A stretch of 39,573 nt of DNA from a virus: the IMG/VR virus record IMGVR_UViG_3300033075_000869; one strand, 5' to 3'. Position numbers and translations under genes: made by a program. Each line of letters starts with the position of its first letter. The stretch's first letter is position 1. The notes under the pieces were generated by a model. The model made no database searches and had not been told where the DNA came from. It worked only from the letters and a program-made list of their open reading frames with translations. Shown here in pieces: positions 16,419 through 25,786 of this stretch.

Positions 16419-16674
16419 GGTTGAACAGATTAAGCCTCAACATCCAGAAGCTATTGAAGCCGCAAGAGTGATATTTGAAAAACGTTGGGCAAACGTTGAA
16501 GAAATTCGAGAAACACATCCCGAATGGCTTGAGATTGAGTTGACACGAGCAGATCGTGCTACAGATGCACTTGTTGCTGCAACCCAAGATTACAATCGTT
16601 GGGTATTTCCAAACACAGTGACAACGTCAAAAACTGCCGCCGGTTACGTGATTCACTGTATTGATTGTCCATGA
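16354..16674 (+). CDS. zinc-ribbon protein (CxxC...CxxC)
   Basis: CSRCGHNHC ... HCIDCP. Confidence 0.45.
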   Translation: MTPEFVWPQVKCSRCGHNHCLEVEQIKPQHPEAIEAARVIFEKRWANVEEIRETHPEWLEIELTRADRATDALVAATQDYNRWVFPNTVTTSKTAAGYVIHCIDCP

Positions 16675-16699
16675 TGATGGAAATTAGGTTTATTGAAAC

Positions 16700-16996
16700 A
16701 TGATCCAACACGATCTAGTTCCAGGAACGTTGTGTTGCGTTATAACCGACGGAATGAGTTTGTTTCTGAAACCTGTTCATGGGATGGCCAAAACTGGCAA
16801 GTTGAAAGAAGGTGATATTTTCATGATATTGTCTCAAATATCTCAAATTGACAATGTTATCTTGGGTGAAACAGTTTACCTTGTAATATCCAACACCAAT
16901 TTGATAGGATGGACTTTGTGGCGAGGTAGTCATTACATGAAATCTTCAGACATTCAATGGTTATTGCTCCTGGAACGTTGTGTTATGCTACTCTAA
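16700..16996 (+). CDS. PGT-motif small paralog (LVPGTLCCV...IGWTLWRG)
   Basis: Tandem paralog of the next gene; PGTL motif shared with 23793-24005 and 37874-38155. Confidence 0.5.
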   Translation: MIQHDLVPGTLCCVITDGMSLFLKPVHGMAKTGKLKEGDIFMILSQISQIDNVILGETVYLVISNTNLIGWTLWRGSHYMKSSDIQWLLLLERCVMLL

Positions 16997-17226
16997 TTGA
17001 ATTTACTGGATCTAATCCACGTGTTCCTCTGTACAGATATTCTGAAGGAGATCCATCTGGAGGACCAGAACATGATTTCTATTTGTACATGAATACAACT
17101 TTCATGATTGTTTCGGCAGTAAATACAACCCATCGTGAATCACACGTAGATTACTTTGTAATAACTGAAGGTGGTGGTATGGGTTGGACAATGTGGTATC
17201 CTAAAAATTTCAAGATTATCAAATGA
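16957..17226 (+). CDS. PGT-motif small paralog (IAPGTLCYA...MGWTMWYPK)
   Basis: Paralogous to 16700-16996. Confidence 0.5.
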   Translation: MVIAPGTLCYATLIEFTGSNPRVPLYRYSEGDPSGGPEHDFYLYMNTTFMIVSAVNTTHRESHVDYFVITEGGGMGWTMWYPKNFKIIK

Positions 17227-18179
17227 AACATCCAAATCCAAATATGTTGTTGCACATTGCCATGGGCGATGCATATGCTACTGCAGTCGAATATGTTAAG
17301 CGAGAAAAACACGCTCAACTGTATGATGCTGCACTGCGATTTCAAACATATCTACAACACCCTACGCACCTAAAACTCAAACCGGGTATGTATACCGATG
17401 ACACACAGCAAAGTATTGCTGTCGTAGAAGTTTTGTTGGGAACACAAGCACCACGTGTTCCAGATTTTCTAAATGCATTTTACGACGTATTCAAACGTGA
17501 CCCTCGTGATGGATATGCTCGTGGATTTCAAGGTCTAATTGAATCTGTTGAATCACGTGATGAATTTCGTTCGAGGATCATTCCAAACTCTAATAAAAAT
17601 GGCGCAGCAATGCGCTCTGTCCCAATTGGCGTCATTAAAGACGTAAATCAACTTGTCGATATCGCTGGGGTTCAAGCCACTGCTACCCATGCAACATGGG
17701 GTGGAATCAACAGTGCAGTCGCTGTTGCTCTTATGTCGCATTTTGCGCTATATGATCATCGTAATTTTCTATACATGAGAGAATGGTGTGCACGATATTC
17801 GTCTGCATTTCAGTTTTTTGGGTCACCATGGTCTGGTCCGGTCGTTAGTGACCCAAAAAATCCCAAAGACATGGGTGTTGGTATGAATACTGCATGGGCT
17901 GTTTGCACATTGCTCGAACAAGAAACATCATTGATGGGAATAATGCGGCGCGTAATTGAATGGGGCGGTGATACTGATTCTGTTGCAGCAATCGCGTGGG
18001 GAATAGCGGGAGCTCGTTACGGTCATGAAATTCTACCAAGCTTCCTAGAACACGATCTTGAACCAGGTTCTCGATATGGCGTTCAATTTCTAAAAGACCT
18101 AGGTGAACGCTTGATGACGGTTGAAAAATTGTCTTATGTAAAACACCCATTATTTGTGGTAAAGTTACTTATACTCTAA
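17223..18179 (+). CDS. ADP-ribosylglycohydrolase (ARH/DraG family)
   Basis: N-terminal GDAYATAVE, TDDTQQS and C-terminal GGDTDSVAAIAWGIAGARYG signature motifs. Confidence 0.8.
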   Translation: MKHPNPNMLLHIAMGDAYATAVEYVKREKHAQLYDAALRFQTYLQHPTHLKLKPGMYTDDTQQSIAVVEVLLGTQAPRVPDFLNAFYDVFKRDPRDGYARGFQGLIESVESRDEFRSRIIPNSNKNGAAMRSVPIGVIKDVNQLVDIAGVQATATHATWGGINSAVAVALMSHFALYDHRNFLYMREWCARYSSAFQFFGSPWSGPVVSDPKNPKDMGVGMNTAWAVCTLLEQETSLMGIMRRVIEWGGDTDSVAAIAWGIAGARYGHEILPSFLEHDLEPGSRYGVQFLKDLGERLMTVEKLSYVKHPLFVVKLLIL

Positions 18180-18197
18180 CGTAGTGCCAATAAAACA

Positions 18198-19526
18198 ATG
18201 AAAAAACGACGTTACAAAAGTGCGAAGATTAAGTCGGTACCGGGCGCAATTGAAATTGAAAAGTCCTTCCTGACACAGGTCAAAGAGTTGATGAACCTGG
18301 GCCAAGTTAAGAAAACAATTCATGTCGGAACCGAATTGTTTGGTGCTATTTCACCGTTTCTTGACAAACCTGACTGGTGGAACGGTTGTAAAGCCGCGTT
18401 TGCAGTTGGTAAAGTTTTGATTGACGAAGTTGAAATTTGGTCAGATGATTATTTCTCTGGCGAAGAGTGGAGTATGCCATATTCGCGAGATTTTAATCAA
18501 ACGATTCTTTCAGCTATTTCTGGTTACCCGTTTCAAGTTGTTCGAACGAGTGACGAAAATAGTATGATCAAACTTGTTGACCTTGAAGGCATCAAAGTTG
18601 GTTATACTGTTAATACACGCTCTTCGCATATTGACAATATTTTTGTTGAAACTGCAAAGCTAAAAGAGGCGCGCGATCACATCAAAAAGTTGCTTTGGGA
18701 ATCCTTGAAAGATTCAAATATTGTGATGCGTCAAAATAAGCGTATGCTTCTTCAAGAAGAAGAGTCTCGTGTTATTTTTGAATCAGATGATGCATTTCAT
18801 CCGCTAAAGTCTGCTCGAGCAACAGATTATTCTTCTTACTTGAAACGTTGCATTGACGCAAACGTCTCTAGGTCTGTGATGTTGTATGGTCCTCCCGGAA
18901 CTGGTAAGTCGACGATGGCACGAACGATCGTCGACACTTTGAATATGCGTTCGTTCAGAATTCGTGTTGAGGACGTTGCTGGAATCGAAAGTTCGACGCT
19001 TTTTGAAGCTGTTAGCATCTTTGAGCCAGACGCAATCATCTTGGATGATTTTGACCGGGCACATGCGCAGGCCCAATTGCTCGAAACGCTTGAGTTTTTC
19101 CAGCGTCATGTTAAGATTGTTATTGCAACAGTCAATGATCGAAATAGTTTGGATGAAGCTATTCTACGACCTGGTCGATTTGACGAGCTTGTGTTTGTCA
19201 AGCAAATGGACGAAGACGTTGTCAAGCACGTCCTTGGGCCTGCGCTTGAAGATGCATTTGACATTGTCAAAGATTGGCCAATTGCATTCATTCAGGAATA
19301 CGCAAAGAGGCGACGTTTCATGAGCGCTGAAGAGGCGGCGGTTTCTACAGCCGAACTAGCTGATCGAGTTAAGCGTCTTCAAAAATACGATGACTTGTCC
19401 GATGTTGAGCGAATGCTAGCTGCTAGGAAACGTCTTGGTATTGCTACAGAAGACAACGTTGACGACCTAGATGATTCTGACCCAGACCTTGAAGATGGTG
19501 AAACCCCTTTTGTAGAGCCGGCATAA
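18198..19526 (+). CDS. AAA ATPase (classic clade), with a possible -1 frameshift extension to 19750
   Basis: Walker A GPPGTGKST, Walker B IILDDFD and the second region of homology ILRPGRFDELVFV. Confidence 0.85.
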   Translation: MKKRRYKSAKIKSVPGAIEIEKSFLTQVKELMNLGQVKKTIHVGTELFGAISPFLDKPDWWNGCKAAFAVGKVLIDEVEIWSDDYFSGEEWSMPYSRDFNQTILSAISGYPFQVVRTSDENSMIKLVDLEGIKVGYTVNTRSSHIDNIFVETAKLKEARDHIKKLLWESLKDSNIVMRQNKRMLLQEEESRVIFESDDAFHPLKSARATDYSSYLKRCIDANVSRSVMLYGPPGTGKSTMARTIVDTLNMRSFRIRVEDVAGIESSTLFEAVSIFEPDAIILDDFDRAHAQAQLLETLEFFQRHVKIVIATVNDRNSLDEAILRPGRFDELVFVKQMDEDVVKHVLGPALEDAFDIVKDWPIAFIQEYAKRRRFMSAEEAAVSTAELADRVKRLQKYDDLSDVERMLAARKRLGIATEDNVDDLDDSDPDLEDGETPFVEPA

Positions 19527-19537
19527 ATAATGCCGGC
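19505..19537 (+). other. Candidate -1 programmed frameshift cassette: slippery C_CCT_TTT, 5-nt spacer, 8-bp GC hairpin GCCGGCAT-aaata-ATGCCGGC
   Basis: The heptamer sits in the zero frame of the AAA gene. The -1 frame stays open from 19502 to 19750 (83 codons) and ends in an ATGA overlap with uvdE. Confidence 0.35.
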
Positions 19538-19746
19538 GTTGTCCTAACAGAACAACAGAGACGTGTAAGACGTGAAGCTGCATTGCAGTGGGCTGATAAA
19601 ATAACCAAAAAATCAGGTGATATAAGTGTATTTTCACTGAGTGAAAATGGTAAACTAAAGTCAGGTGCACTTGAACGTAAAATTGCCGCAGCAATTAAGG
19701 CTGCGACAAAAATTAATTATTCAACTGTGCCAAAGAAACGGGCAAA

Positions 19747-20682
19747 ATGATTGGTGTTTGTTGTCAGTGGCTTGAGCGTATTAAACGTCCAAGATCTGGT
19801 GATTATCAATATGTGAACGTTGTCGATGAACGTTCACTTCAACTTGGTAGGTACATAGCAGGAAAATATACACCTGAGCAAATTAGTGCTACGTACTTGC
19901 ATAACATCAATAATTTGATACGTATGTTGCCACGAATTTCACGTTCTGGCATACGTTTGTTTCGAATATCTTCTTCGTTGTTTCCCCTCGCTGACAAAGT
20001 TGATCGTGCGCATTGGGATAATGATGCTGTTCGAACACAATTGAAATGTGTTGGTGATATTATTAAGTCACTTCAACTACGTGTTACAACGCATCCTGGC
20101 CAATTTTGTGTTTTGTCGTCAGATTCTGATCGCGTAGTTGAAAATTCATTCAATGAATTGGCGCTTCATGGTTGGATATTTGACGTTATGGGTCTTGATC
20201 GTTCACCACAATATGCTATCAATATTCACGGTGGTAAGTCAGACAGGTCGTCTAGGCTTATTGAACAGATCAAATCTTTGCCACAGTCTGTTTCGTCACG
20301 ATTGACACTTGAAAATGACGAGTCTGCATATTCACTTATTGATTTGTTGACTGTACACAAAGAAACCGGTGTTCCTGTCGTTTGGGATTCGCATCATCAT
20401 ACATTCAATGATGACGGAATTTCTCTTAGCGATGCCTATACATTGTCAAGGCTAACGTGGCCATCTGGCGTTATGCCACTGCAACATATTAGCAATACCG
20501 AGCCGAGTTCAAGTGATGGTTCATTTACAGAACGTCGTAAACACAGTAATATGATTCATTATATTCCGGATGCTCAACTTCAAGGTCTGCGTGATGGCAA
20601 CGTTGCGTGTGAAATTGAGGCAAAAATGAAAAATATCGCTGTTGACCATATGGTTAATATCTTTGGTCTGACACGATTATAA
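19747..20682 (+). CDS. uvdE: UV damage endonuclease (UvdE)
   Basis: TTHPGQFCVLSS, INIHGG, RLTLENDE and VVWDSHHH match the UvdE TIM-barrel signature. Confidence 0.75.
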   Translation: MIGVCCQWLERIKRPRSGDYQYVNVVDERSLQLGRYIAGKYTPEQISATYLHNINNLIRMLPRISRSGIRLFRISSSLFPLADKVDRAHWDNDAVRTQLKCVGDIIKSLQLRVTTHPGQFCVLSSDSDRVVENSFNELALHGWIFDVMGLDRSPQYAINIHGGKSDRSSRLIEQIKSLPQSVSSRLTLENDESAYSLIDLLTVHKETGVPVVWDSHHHTFNDDGISLSDAYTLSRLTWPSGVMPLQHISNTEPSSSDGSFTERRKHSNMIHYIPDAQLQGLRDGNVACEIEAKMKNIAVDHMVNIFGLTRL

Positions 20683-20703
20683 GTCAATATTAGAAAGGTA
20701 CTT

Positions 20704-20988
20704 ATGCTTAAGCCGATTGTGACAAAACTTATGAAGACCAAGACATCTTCGATACATGAGAGTACTGCATATCAATTGCATAAGTCACAAATGACAATTT
20801 TTTCTGGTATCATGCATAAGGTTATTGATTTTACCGAACATAAACTACGACAATATGCAGAATCTGTTGATGATCAACAACAAAAAACTATTTTGATTGA
20901 CCTGATTAAGAAATATAAAAAAGGGCAAGTTGTAATTGCCTGGCGTGCTGGGCGACCAATTTGGCTGCCCGTTACAAAAGAAATTTGA
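20704..20988 (+). CDS. hypothetical 94-aa protein directly upstream of groEL (possible co-chaperonin analog)
   Basis: Position and size are like GroES or T4 gp31. Weak resemblance MLKPIVTKL / KKGQVVIAW to GroES IRPLHDRV / KVGDIVIF. Confidence 0.45.
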   Translation: MLKPIVTKLMKTKTSSIHESTAYQLHKSQMTIFSGIMHKVIDFTEHKLRQYAESVDDQQQKTILIDLIKKYKKGQVVIAWRAGRPIWLPVTKEI

Positions 20989-21025
20989 CATATACATTAC
21001 GTAGCTTTGTTAGTAATATTGACGT

Positions 21026-22687
21026 ATGTTTAATGACATTGACGTTCCCAATACAACAAAAGTACTATTTCATAATGAAGCTAGAAGAAAATTGTATGTT
21101 GGACTTTGTGTTGCTGCTGAAGCAGTTACATGTACACTTGGACCACGTGGTCGAACAGTGCTAATTCAAAGCAAGGGCGGTCCACCAACTGTGACCAAGG
21201 ACGGTGTTACAGTTATTAAGTCAATTAGGCTCAAAGATCCTATTGAAAAAATGGGTGCTGAACTAATACGAGAAGCAGCGTCACAAACCAATGAAGTGGC
21301 TGGTGATGGGACTACAACGGCTACGGTTCTGACCCACTCGATGGTCAAGGAAGGCCTCAAACTATTGGAAGCTGGGTATTCTGCCAAGGAGTTGTGCGAG
21401 GGTATTCAATGGGCTCGAGAGTTGGTTGATAACGAACTAAAGAAATCTGCACGTGTTTTGAACACTTCAGCTGAAATTGCTCAGGTAGGAACTATCAGTG
21501 CGAACGGTGATACGAAAATTGGTGAATTGATCGCTGAAGCAATGGAAAAAGTTGGCCGTGACGGTATCATTACCGTTGAAGACGCAAAAGGAATGGCAAC
21601 GACCCTTGAAGTTGTAGAAGGTATGCAATTTGAACGTGGGTATATGAGCCCATATTTTGTAACCAATCCAGAACGAATGAATGTTTCATATCAAGAAGCA
21701 CTAGTTCTTGTAACTGACAAGAAACTATCTGGATTGCGAGAGCTAGTTCCAGTTCTAGAAAAGGTTGCAGGTTCGCGTAAACCGTTGCTCATTATTGCAG
21801 ATGACGTTGAAGGTGAAGCACTTCAGGGTTTGGTCATCAACCGTGTTAACGGTAATCTACCGCTAGTTGCCGTGAAAGCACCGGGATATGGTAAACATCG
21901 TGACGAGTTGCTAGCCGATATTTGTACATTGACAGGTGCTAAACTAGTTTCGTCTTCAACTGGCGTTAAGTTTGATACGTTGACACTAGCTGATTTGGGT
22001 GTTGTAAAACGCCTGGTTGTTGATGCGAAGTCAACAACCCTTGTGGGCTCAGGTGCAACCAAATCGAAAATTGATGAACATGTTGCAAATTTGCGCACTC
22101 AACTAGAAGATGTTACTATTTCCACAGAAGAAGTTGTGAAGCTAAAGACGAGAATCGCGAAGCTGGCGTCGGGTGTTGCGGTCATTCGTGTCGGCGGTGC
22201 AACAGAAGTTGAAATGATTGAGCGTAAATACCGTATTGAAGACGCACTAAATGCAACACGAGCAGCCGCAGAAGAAGGCATTGTAAAGGGCGGTGGAATG
22301 GCACTTGTTGATGCGTATCATAGTCTTGCGTCAACCCTTGCTGGTCTTTCATCTAATACAACTGTGCTAGCAGGTGCAAATATTGTTATGGCGGCTTGTC
22401 TTGCACCACTTAGCAAGATTGCGGCAAATGCCGGGAAGACGCCTGAAGTCATTCTAGAACGTGTTGATTCTGGACGCTTCCTATCTGATATTCAATACCG
22501 CGGTTGGGATGCTTCGTCTGGAAAAGACGTGGATATGTTCCAGGCAGGGATTATCGATCCTGTTAAGGTTACACGTACAGCTCTTAAAAATGCTGCATCT
22601 GTTGCAATTACGTTTCTAACACTTGATGCAGTTGTAGTTGAAGAACAATCGTCTAACAAAGAAGATAATCTTGAAAAACACGCCTGA
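21026..22687 (+). CDS. groEL: chaperonin GroEL
   Basis: Full-length collinear match to GroEL: [45 protein letters not shown] and others. Confidence 0.95.
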   Translation: MFNDIDVPNTTKVLFHNEARRKLYVGLCVAAEAVTCTLGPRGRTVLIQSKGGPPTVTKDGVTVIKSIRLKDPIEKMGAELIREAASQTNEVAGDGTTTATVLTHSMVKEGLKLLEAGYSAKELCEGIQWARELVDNELKKSARVLNTSAEIAQVGTISANGDTKIGELIAEAMEKVGRDGIITVEDAKGMATTLEVVEGMQFERGYMSPYFVTNPERMNVSYQEALVLVTDKKLSGLRELVPVLEKVAGSRKPLLIIADDVEGEALQGLVINRVNGNLPLVAVKAPGYGKHRDELLADICTLTGAKLVSSSTGVKFDTLTLADLGVVKRLVVDAKSTTLVGSGATKSKIDEHVANLRTQLEDVTISTEEVVKLKTRIAKLASGVAVIRVGGATEVEMIERKYRIEDALNATRAAAEEGIVKGGGMALVDAYHSLASTLAGLSSNTTVLAGANIVMAACLAPLSKIAANAGKTPEVILERVDSGRFLSDIQYRGWDASSGKDVDMFQAGIIDPVKVTRTALKNAASVAITFLTLDAVVVEEQSSNKEDNLEKHA

Positions 22688-22796
22688 TCAATCTGTTGAT
22701 GATGTAAGTTTTTGTTTGCGCAATATTGACTGGAAGTCTTTGTCGTCCTCTGAAAAAGAGGAGTTCGAAGAGGTCGTTTCTGGTTTTCAGTCAAAT

Positions 22797-23054
22797 ATGA
22801 CTTTGTATGCAAAAACGCTAGGAATGAACAGCGCATATATGTTTTTTGCTACGATTGCTTGTATTGCATTGCTGCTAATGATGTTGTTCAGCTGTACGTA
22901 CAAGTCAATGGTGATTGCAATAATTGCAGCTTTGGTAGGACTTATCTGTCTGACGTCCTTTGCTAAATTTGGTGCAAAACTTCTTTATGAAGAACAACTT
23001 CAAAAAATTCATGAAGTTGTAGCACTTTACAATAGGAAACATCATAAGGAATAG
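22797..23054 (+). CDS. small membrane protein (start uncertain; track ORF from TTG 22638)
   Basis: Two hydrophobic helices. The first ATG is at 22797. The upstream in-frame region also looks coding and may use a non-ATG start. Confidence 0.4.
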   Translation: MTLYAKTLGMNSAYMFFATIACIALLLMMLFSCTYKSMVIAIIAALVGLICLTSFAKFGAKLLYEEQLQKIHEVVALYNRKHHKE

Positions 23055-23067
23055 TTATCGATAATAT

Positions 23068-23310
23068 ATGAACGTCAATCATTTGATTGGTGAGTTTGTA
23101 ATCATAACGGGAGAATCTTGTACAGGATTGATTATAGCTGCTTCTCAATCAAATACAAATCCGCTTAACAATTGTCAAATTGACAACAGTTATCCTCTCG
23201 TATATTATGTTCTAATTTCTGATGGCCTTATAAAGGGTCCGTTGTTCTCATCAGAAATTAGAACATTGTGTTTATTCTATTCGTTCAAGTTGATTAATGT
23301 GAACTCGTAG
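23068..23310 (+). CDS. hypothetical protein
   Basis: ORF of 80 aa. Its end overlaps the convergent minus-strand gene. Confidence 0.3.
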   Translation: MNVNHLIGEFVIITGESCTGLIIAASQSNTNPLNNCQIDNSYPLVYYVLISDGLIKGPLFSSEIRTLCLFYSFKLINVNS

Positions 23311-23529
23311 CATACGTCCAACACGTGAAAATATAACAGACACCGTGTCATCTTTCGACATAGACGAAGAAACATCTGATCCTACGTGAATAACAAGACC
23401 ACGATCACCTGGCCACAACTCGTGCCACGTATTGTTATTTTGATTATTTGACGTTGCAAGTTGAGCAAGGTACGTTGACCAAAATTTGAATACAACAAGA
23501 TCACCCGGTCTTATTGAAGTGTGAGGCAT
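23272..23529 (-). CDS. PGD-motif small paralog
   Basis: N-terminal IRPGDLVVF. Confidence 0.45.
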   Translation of the reverse strand: MPHTSIRPGDLVVFKFWSTYLAQLATSNNQNNNTWHELWPGDRGLVIHVGSDVSSSMSKDDTVSVIFSRVGRMLRVHINQLERIE

Positions 23530-23535
23530 TCACCC

Positions 23536-23814
23536 TTAAATAAGGGAAATGATTGACCAATTACGTCTTAGATTTGAAAGTTTACATGAAAAAATTCGAA
23601 TCGAACCCGAATGTATCGTGATCAATCTGACGTTGTTCCCAACCATCCAGCGTTGAAGAACAATCGCATGCTCATTTTTAAGTATTTGTCCGGGTGATGG
23701 CGCATATACGTTAACAGAGTTCCATGACAACATATCATGAAGCGCAATAATCATATCTCCGGGACATGGCATCAATATTTCTCTTAGTTGTTTTACGTCG
23801 TAAGAATTTGCCAT
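23536..23814 (-). CDS. PGD-motif small paralog
   Basis: MPCPGDMIIAL. Confidence 0.45.
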   Translation of the reverse strand: MANSYDVKQLREILMPCPGDMIIALHDMLSWNSVNVYAPSPGQILKNEHAIVLQRWMVGNNVRLITIHSGSIRIFSCKLSNLRRNWSIISLI

Positions 23815-24005
23815 GTTCTTTCAAATGTATATGATTCCATTGAGAATTCTCCTACGTTATTCCCAACGCTCAATATTTTAAGTTCTATCCAATTTTTGGG
23901 ATACACTACGATTGAACACTGTATTACAAGTCTGATTTGATTATCACTCTTACGAATAATCAATGTTCCGGGTAGAATCGCTGTCATCCAGCTTGGAAAC
24001 GTCAT
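23793..24005 (-). CDS. PGT-motif small paralog
   Basis: ILPGTLIIRK. Confidence 0.4.
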   Translation of the reverse strand: MTFPSWMTAILPGTLIIRKSDNQIRLVIQCSIVVYPKNWIELKILSVGNNVGEFSMESYTFERTWQILTT

Positions 24006-24391
24006 TCACTTATGATGTGCCACTTAATGTTTCTATCTGTTTCCCACAATAGGATAGAAAATACTTCTCGATTTTTTAGCACTACAAATTCAGTTGCTTC
24101 TTCCCTGTTTTTGTAGAACACTTGGTACGATATTATCGTTCCGACCATTTGCTTGGGTCGATCAGGCGAACCGGACAGCAATATGCTACCTGCTCGTATA
24201 TGTGTTTTTCCAGGTTGAATTTTGAACGTGGATTCGCAACTTGTAACCACATTTATTGCACGAAAAATTTGACCAAAAATTGCCATTGATCCGACTGTCA
24301 ATGTATTCAACGTTGTTTGAGCCGCATTTTGTGCAAGGTTCACGGTCCAGCCGGTTGAAAGTTTTTTCAACAATCGAATTGATTCGGTCAT
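24002..24391 (-). CDS. hypothetical protein (start uncertain; overlaps 24186-24473)
   Basis: ORF of 129 aa in a different frame from the Zn-ribbon ORF. The real start is probably internal. Confidence 0.25.
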   Translation of the reverse strand: MTESIRLLKKLSTGWTVNLAQNAAQTTLNTLTVGSMAIFGQIFRAINVVTSCESTFKIQPGKTHIRAGSILLSGSPDRPKQMVGTIISYQVFYKNREEATEFVVLKNREVFSILLWETDRNIKWHIISE

Positions 24392-24473
24392 TATCTATTC
24401 GTTTCCACACTATTGAAGCGATAATACAAAAGACGATGCATATAAGAAACAACGTAATGAATATTGCAATCAT
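24186..24473 (-). CDS. membrane-anchored zinc-ribbon protein
   Basis: N-terminal TM segment IAIFITLFLICIVFCIIASIV, then CTKCG...CNKCG. Confidence 0.45.
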   Translation of the reverse strand: MIAIFITLFLICIVFCIIASIVWKRIDNDRINSIVEKTFNRLDREPCTKCGSNNVEYIDSRINGNFWSNFSCNKCGYKLRIHVQNSTWKNTYTSR

Positions 24474-24584
24474 AAAATGACTACGCTTATCATAGATATG
24501 GTACCCAATGTTGTCCTGTCAGGCTGCCATGGGAGCCCACTCGAGACATTGGAATAAAACACTTGATAATAACCATATGTTTCC

Positions 24585-24863
24585 TTATACAATTTTAATG
24601 CAATTATCTCTGACCCACCAATGCGCAATATCGATCAAATTTGATCGATATAGAATTTTCACCATGATATCATCTGATTTGATAAAATGATGTGTTGGAA
24701 TATCAGGATAACATGGAATATCTTGATAACAACAAACGACTATGAACAGTTCACCTTCGCCAATGATTGTCGACACGCTGTTTATTTTAAAACAGCGATA
24801 TACGCGGTTCGTTTTGTAATACGAACCTGGTGAAATGTATGAATTCATAATGAAATTATACAC
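24585..24863 (-). CDS. small paralog-like protein (ISPGSYY)
   Basis: ORF of 92 aa with a PG motif near the N-terminus. Confidence 0.35.
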   Translation of the reverse strand: MYNFIMNSYISPGSYYKTNRVYRCFKINSVSTIIGEGELFIVVCCYQDIPCYPDIPTHHFIKSDDIMVKILYRSNLIDIAHWWVRDNCIKIV

Positions 24864-24891
24864 CGTACAGCATCAAAAGTACATTTAGAAC

Positions 24892-25242
24892 ATGGGTTTT
24901 GAAATTGATCTTGGTGATGATGCAACTGTTCAAATAATTTGCGATGAATTCGAAATAGAAATACCGCAGCATTTTATTTGCTTGAATTCAACAGAGATTA
25001 ATAATATTCCACACAATGAAAAACCCGGAGCGCGCATTATAGGATGTGGAAGGTGTAGCAATGGAAATATTGACTTGCTAACAAATGATGGGAAACTACT
25101 AACATTCTCTGCAAAGAAATATGATATCCCGCCGGGCATAGTTGAACCAATTTTGTCCGGTCTTAAGTTGAACATCGGTAACACACATACAGTTGCATCT
25201 AGCTGGGTAATTGAACGTGCTGAATGTTTGATACGTACCTAG
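24892..25242 (+). CDS. hypothetical protein
   Basis: ORF of 116 aa. Confidence 0.45.
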   Translation: MGFEIDLGDDATVQIICDEFEIEIPQHFICLNSTEINNIPHNEKPGARIIGCGRCSNGNIDLLTNDGKLLTFSAKKYDIPPGIVEPILSGLKLNIGNTHTVASSWVIERAECLIRT

Positions 25243-25252
25243 TTATCGATGT

Positions 25253-25510
25253 ATGCTAACAATAAGCGTTGGTCAACTACGCAAGCTAATCAAAGAAGAA
25301 GTATTTCGTAATCTTGCATGGTCTGCAGGATTCTTTGGAAGTGGTCTAAATGGTGCAAGTAGTAATACGTCAAGTGGGACAGCAACTGTTCCACCTGGTC
25401 TTGGTGACGAAGAAGAAAACATAGAAAATGAAGAAAAAGAACAAGAAGAACTCGAATACCTCAGTCAACGTGGCGCAGCAGCAAATTCTCGAAAGGGAGG
25501 ACGCTATTGA
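25253..25510 (+). CDS. small acidic protein with N-terminal [15 protein letters not shown] motif (internal-protein-like)
   Basis: 85 aa with a Gly/Ser-rich middle and an acidic E-rich tail. The N-terminus carries the shared LRKLIxE motif. Confidence 0.5.
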   Translation: MLTISVGQLRKLIKEEVFRNLAWSAGFFGSGLNGASSNTSSGTATVPPGLGDEEENIENEEKEQEELEYLSQRGAAANSRKGGRY

Positions 25511-25772
25511 ACTTCACGGAATCATTGAAGAGGCTCTGCCGGGAACATGGTTTCGTGTAACATGTGACAATGGTCACAGTGTGTTGGCGACACTGTCTGG
25601 TAAGTTGCGGATAAATCATATCCGCTTGCTGCCTGGTGATAAGGTGTCTGTTGAAGTTTCGCCTTATGATCTATCTCGTGGTCGTGTTACATACCGACGT
25701 TTAGATAGGCACATATGCGCCTCCAAAGAATCATTGCATTTGTTGGAGGCGTTTTTGTATTTAATGTTCTAA
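25428..25772 (+). CDS. infA: translation initiation factor IF-1 homolog with N- and C-terminal extensions
   Basis: [64 protein letters not shown] is near-collinear with E. coli IF1 ([64 protein letters not shown]). The exact start is uncertain. Confidence 0.8.
   Translation: MKKKNKKNSNTSVNVAQQQILEREDAIELHGIIEEALPGTWFRVTCDNGHSVLATLSGKLRINHIRLLPGDKVSVEVSPYDLSRGRVTYRRLDRHICASKESLHLLEAFLYLMF
25719..25762 (+). terminator. Intrinsic terminator: 8-bp stem GCCTCCAA/TTGGAGGC followed by GTTTTTGTATTT, lying inside the last codons of the IF-1 ORF
   Basis: Perfect inverted repeat at 25719-25726 and 25743-25750, then a T-rich run. Confidence 0.5.
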
Positions 25773-25786
25773 TATACGACGGATAC

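Noticed and set aside
21166-22281. Several 60-90-aa minus-strand ORFs inside groEL (21166-21387, 21481-21666, 21823-22098, 22099-22281)
   Set aside because: Antisense shadows of a strongly supported GroEL coding region. Ala/Ser/Thr/Pro-rich translations typical of the reverse frame.
24500-24545. Cluster of GGTACC, CCATGG and CTCGAG sites resembling a cloning polylinker
   Set aside because: No flanking vector-like sequence. The local composition fits the surrounding genome. Judged coincidental.
25506-25508. ATT as IF-1 start codon, 5 nt after the strong SD AAGGGAGG
   Set aside because: It would delete the conserved ED residues that align with the N-terminus of bacterial IF1. An upstream start is more consistent with homology, but the true start remains unresolved.
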